Shown here: piece after piece, positions 61,961-64,000 of the stretch
Numbering within the stretch: the first letter of the stretch is position 1
How the letters are laid out: each line of letters begins with the position of its first letter
From: Trichoplax sp. H2
Lineage: Eukaryota
Assembly: GCA_003344405.1 (NCBI GenBank)
Contig: NOWV01000022.1
Coordinates: 62,001-126,000, forward strand
Length of the DNA: 64,000 bases
Reading direction: 5' to 3'
Notes under the pieces: model-generated
What the model was told of the DNA's origin: nothing
The model's input: the letters and a program-made list of their open reading frames with translations, nothing else
Databases searched by the model: none
Made by a program: the position numbers and the translations under genes

Positions 61961-64000
61961 AAAAACTACGGACTTCCGGCAGTCCGTGACAAAACCAACC
62001 CAGCGGCTCATTTGTTGCATGCGCCTGATTTACTTAGCGCAATCAAGCTTCTTTTTCTAGAAAAACCCTACAGTTTCAAACCTAGAATAATATTATTATA
62101 ATTGCATACCGTATGACTTTAGTCTCGTACGGTTCTGTGAAATGGCTTAAAACTCACATAGAACAGTTTAGAAATTCTCTAGTCATATATCAATACTCGT
62201 ATATAGGAAAGTAGCAGCCGTTTCGAACTGTAAGCGTATGGACTACTTGAAGAAAATCTTCTTCTGGTGGTTCGCGTATTCTACTGAATCGCTCTATAGC
62301 CCATTCCTATGCGCGTACTCACAGGTATAGGAACTCGGAAAGCTTGAGGAGATAGAGTATAATCCTTGCGCGCACACACACATGGACATAAAACTTTTCT
62401 AGATCTATATACATATTTAGATGTAACATACAATACAGGAAAGGTTTTGACGATTCTAGTCTCGTATGATTCTCATACAGAACAGTTTAGAGATTTTACG
62501 AAATAGCGCTATCATCATTCCTGCAATACATGCATTTCACATCTATGTAATTATTAATTACAAATGAATTAAATTCAATAACACAATTCACTATATATGC
62601 ACATATATTCAAATGCAATTCACTACAAAAATACATTTCTTAATTTACTACTGCTTTACCGCTAAATTTATCCGCTAATCAAGTAAAGGATAAAAATAAT
62701 TTAGATCGTAATACTCGTAGGTTTGACGATACGACAGCCTAAGTGGATTGTAATATATTTAAACGGTTTTATTCGTATATAATCCCAAATTAAACGATAT
62801 CATTGATTTAGACGAACTAGATAGACAATCGATTTATATTACTTTATTACGGATATTATCTAATTTGGATAGATTATGATAAAAATTTTAATGTAGTATA
62901 AAATTTAAAACCAATTACCACCCTTGTCTTGGTTAATTTTTATTTTATTATGCAGTTGTGATTGATATATACATAGCAAGATTGGACATAATATTTATGA
63001 TGATTTAAATTTCATAATGGACTCGTGAGCTGAGTCTATCCTGCGATTGTACTGATTATTACTGCATTACTGTAAGATTATCAAATTAAGATTGTTCTTA
63101 TTTATAGCTAGTCCAAGGCTAATCATCGCCAGCAATTTATAATAGTTGTTGTTCTATGATCCATAAATTGAAGCAGATTCGAAATAGGATCATCCTGTAT
63201 AGTTTTACGACTGACAATCACATTAAATTTCGTCAGCTACCCATGAATTAAATCAATCCTCTAGTTATATTAATATTGATTCCCATACTACCGGTCATGA
63301 GATAAATTGAATTTTAGCTTTTTAGCGAATAATTAATAACGAATAGTTCCAATTTTGTTTTTCTATGACCATTTTCGCCGCCTTAAAAGCTAATTCCAAT
63401 TCTTTTATCCTATCTATAGTCAGTTCCTACTATACAGTAGATACTATAAGCGTATATACTTTATAATAGCATCAATAAGAATCCCAAAGTTTATAGACTA
63501 AAGCTATTGTTTTAAGATGTTTATTTGCTTCTTCAATAGCATTTATGACATCATTATGCGGCGAGTGTTAATACAATTTAAAGCCTATTGATGTATTCAT
63601 ACCTCCTTGAATATTAATTAAGTTGTTGCTAAGGATTAGCTTGACAACAGCGTTTACATCTATTTGGTAGAGCCTCCTGCAAATTAGTGGTTGTCAAAAG
63701 TATATAGCAATTGAGAACGAAAAATGACTAAGATAATCGTTGTGCTTAGTACATCATACAGAGTTGCGTAGCATGATATCAGCTATTATATTAGCAAGAA
63801 TAGGACACTACTGTAGTTAATCAGAGCTTAAAACACGAGTGCTGACTAATACATACAGGATAAGAAACAACCTGTAGCTAAGCGGAAACCATCAACGCTA
63901 TCATTTTGTGTCCATTAGTATACAAATGATTCAACCCATATCTACCAGAAGTTACCAATCTTTGCCGTACTAATCGATTTCTGCATCGCATAGTGGGCAT

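Overview
AT-rich, intron-containing eukaryotic DNA with a compact animal-type gene set. Gene content, short introns and composition suggest an early-branching metazoan such as a placozoan (Trichoplax-like); this assignment is an inference. Nine spliced genes were reconstructed by hand: EI24 (-, truncated at the left edge), squalene monooxygenase SQLE (+), RNase P/MRP subunit POP5 (-), an RZ-family RGS (RGS17/19/20-like, +), archease/ZBTB8OS (-), a divergent GLUT8/Tret1-like sugar porter (-), MCM3 (-), an Emi1/Emi2-family APC/C inhibitor (FBXO5/43-like, +) and NUP42/NUPL2 (-). Four signals stand out. (1) Dense mosaics of TA-CAG-TA / TA-CTG-TA units sit at most gene 5' ends. Locally duplicated copies show empty TA versus filled TA-CTG-TA sites, which matches Tc1/mariner excision footprints accumulated iteratively. 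(2) Archease contains an 11-nt microexon followed by a U12-type (minor spliceosome) intron. (3) MCM3 and the Emi gene are head-to-head around a cluster of E2F, CCAAT and E-box sites. (4) A TTAA-flanked piggyBac-like MITE lies upstream of POP5. About 14-16 kb between POP5 and RGS has no gene I can recognise. All calls come from manual reading and recalled family motifs, with no database search.
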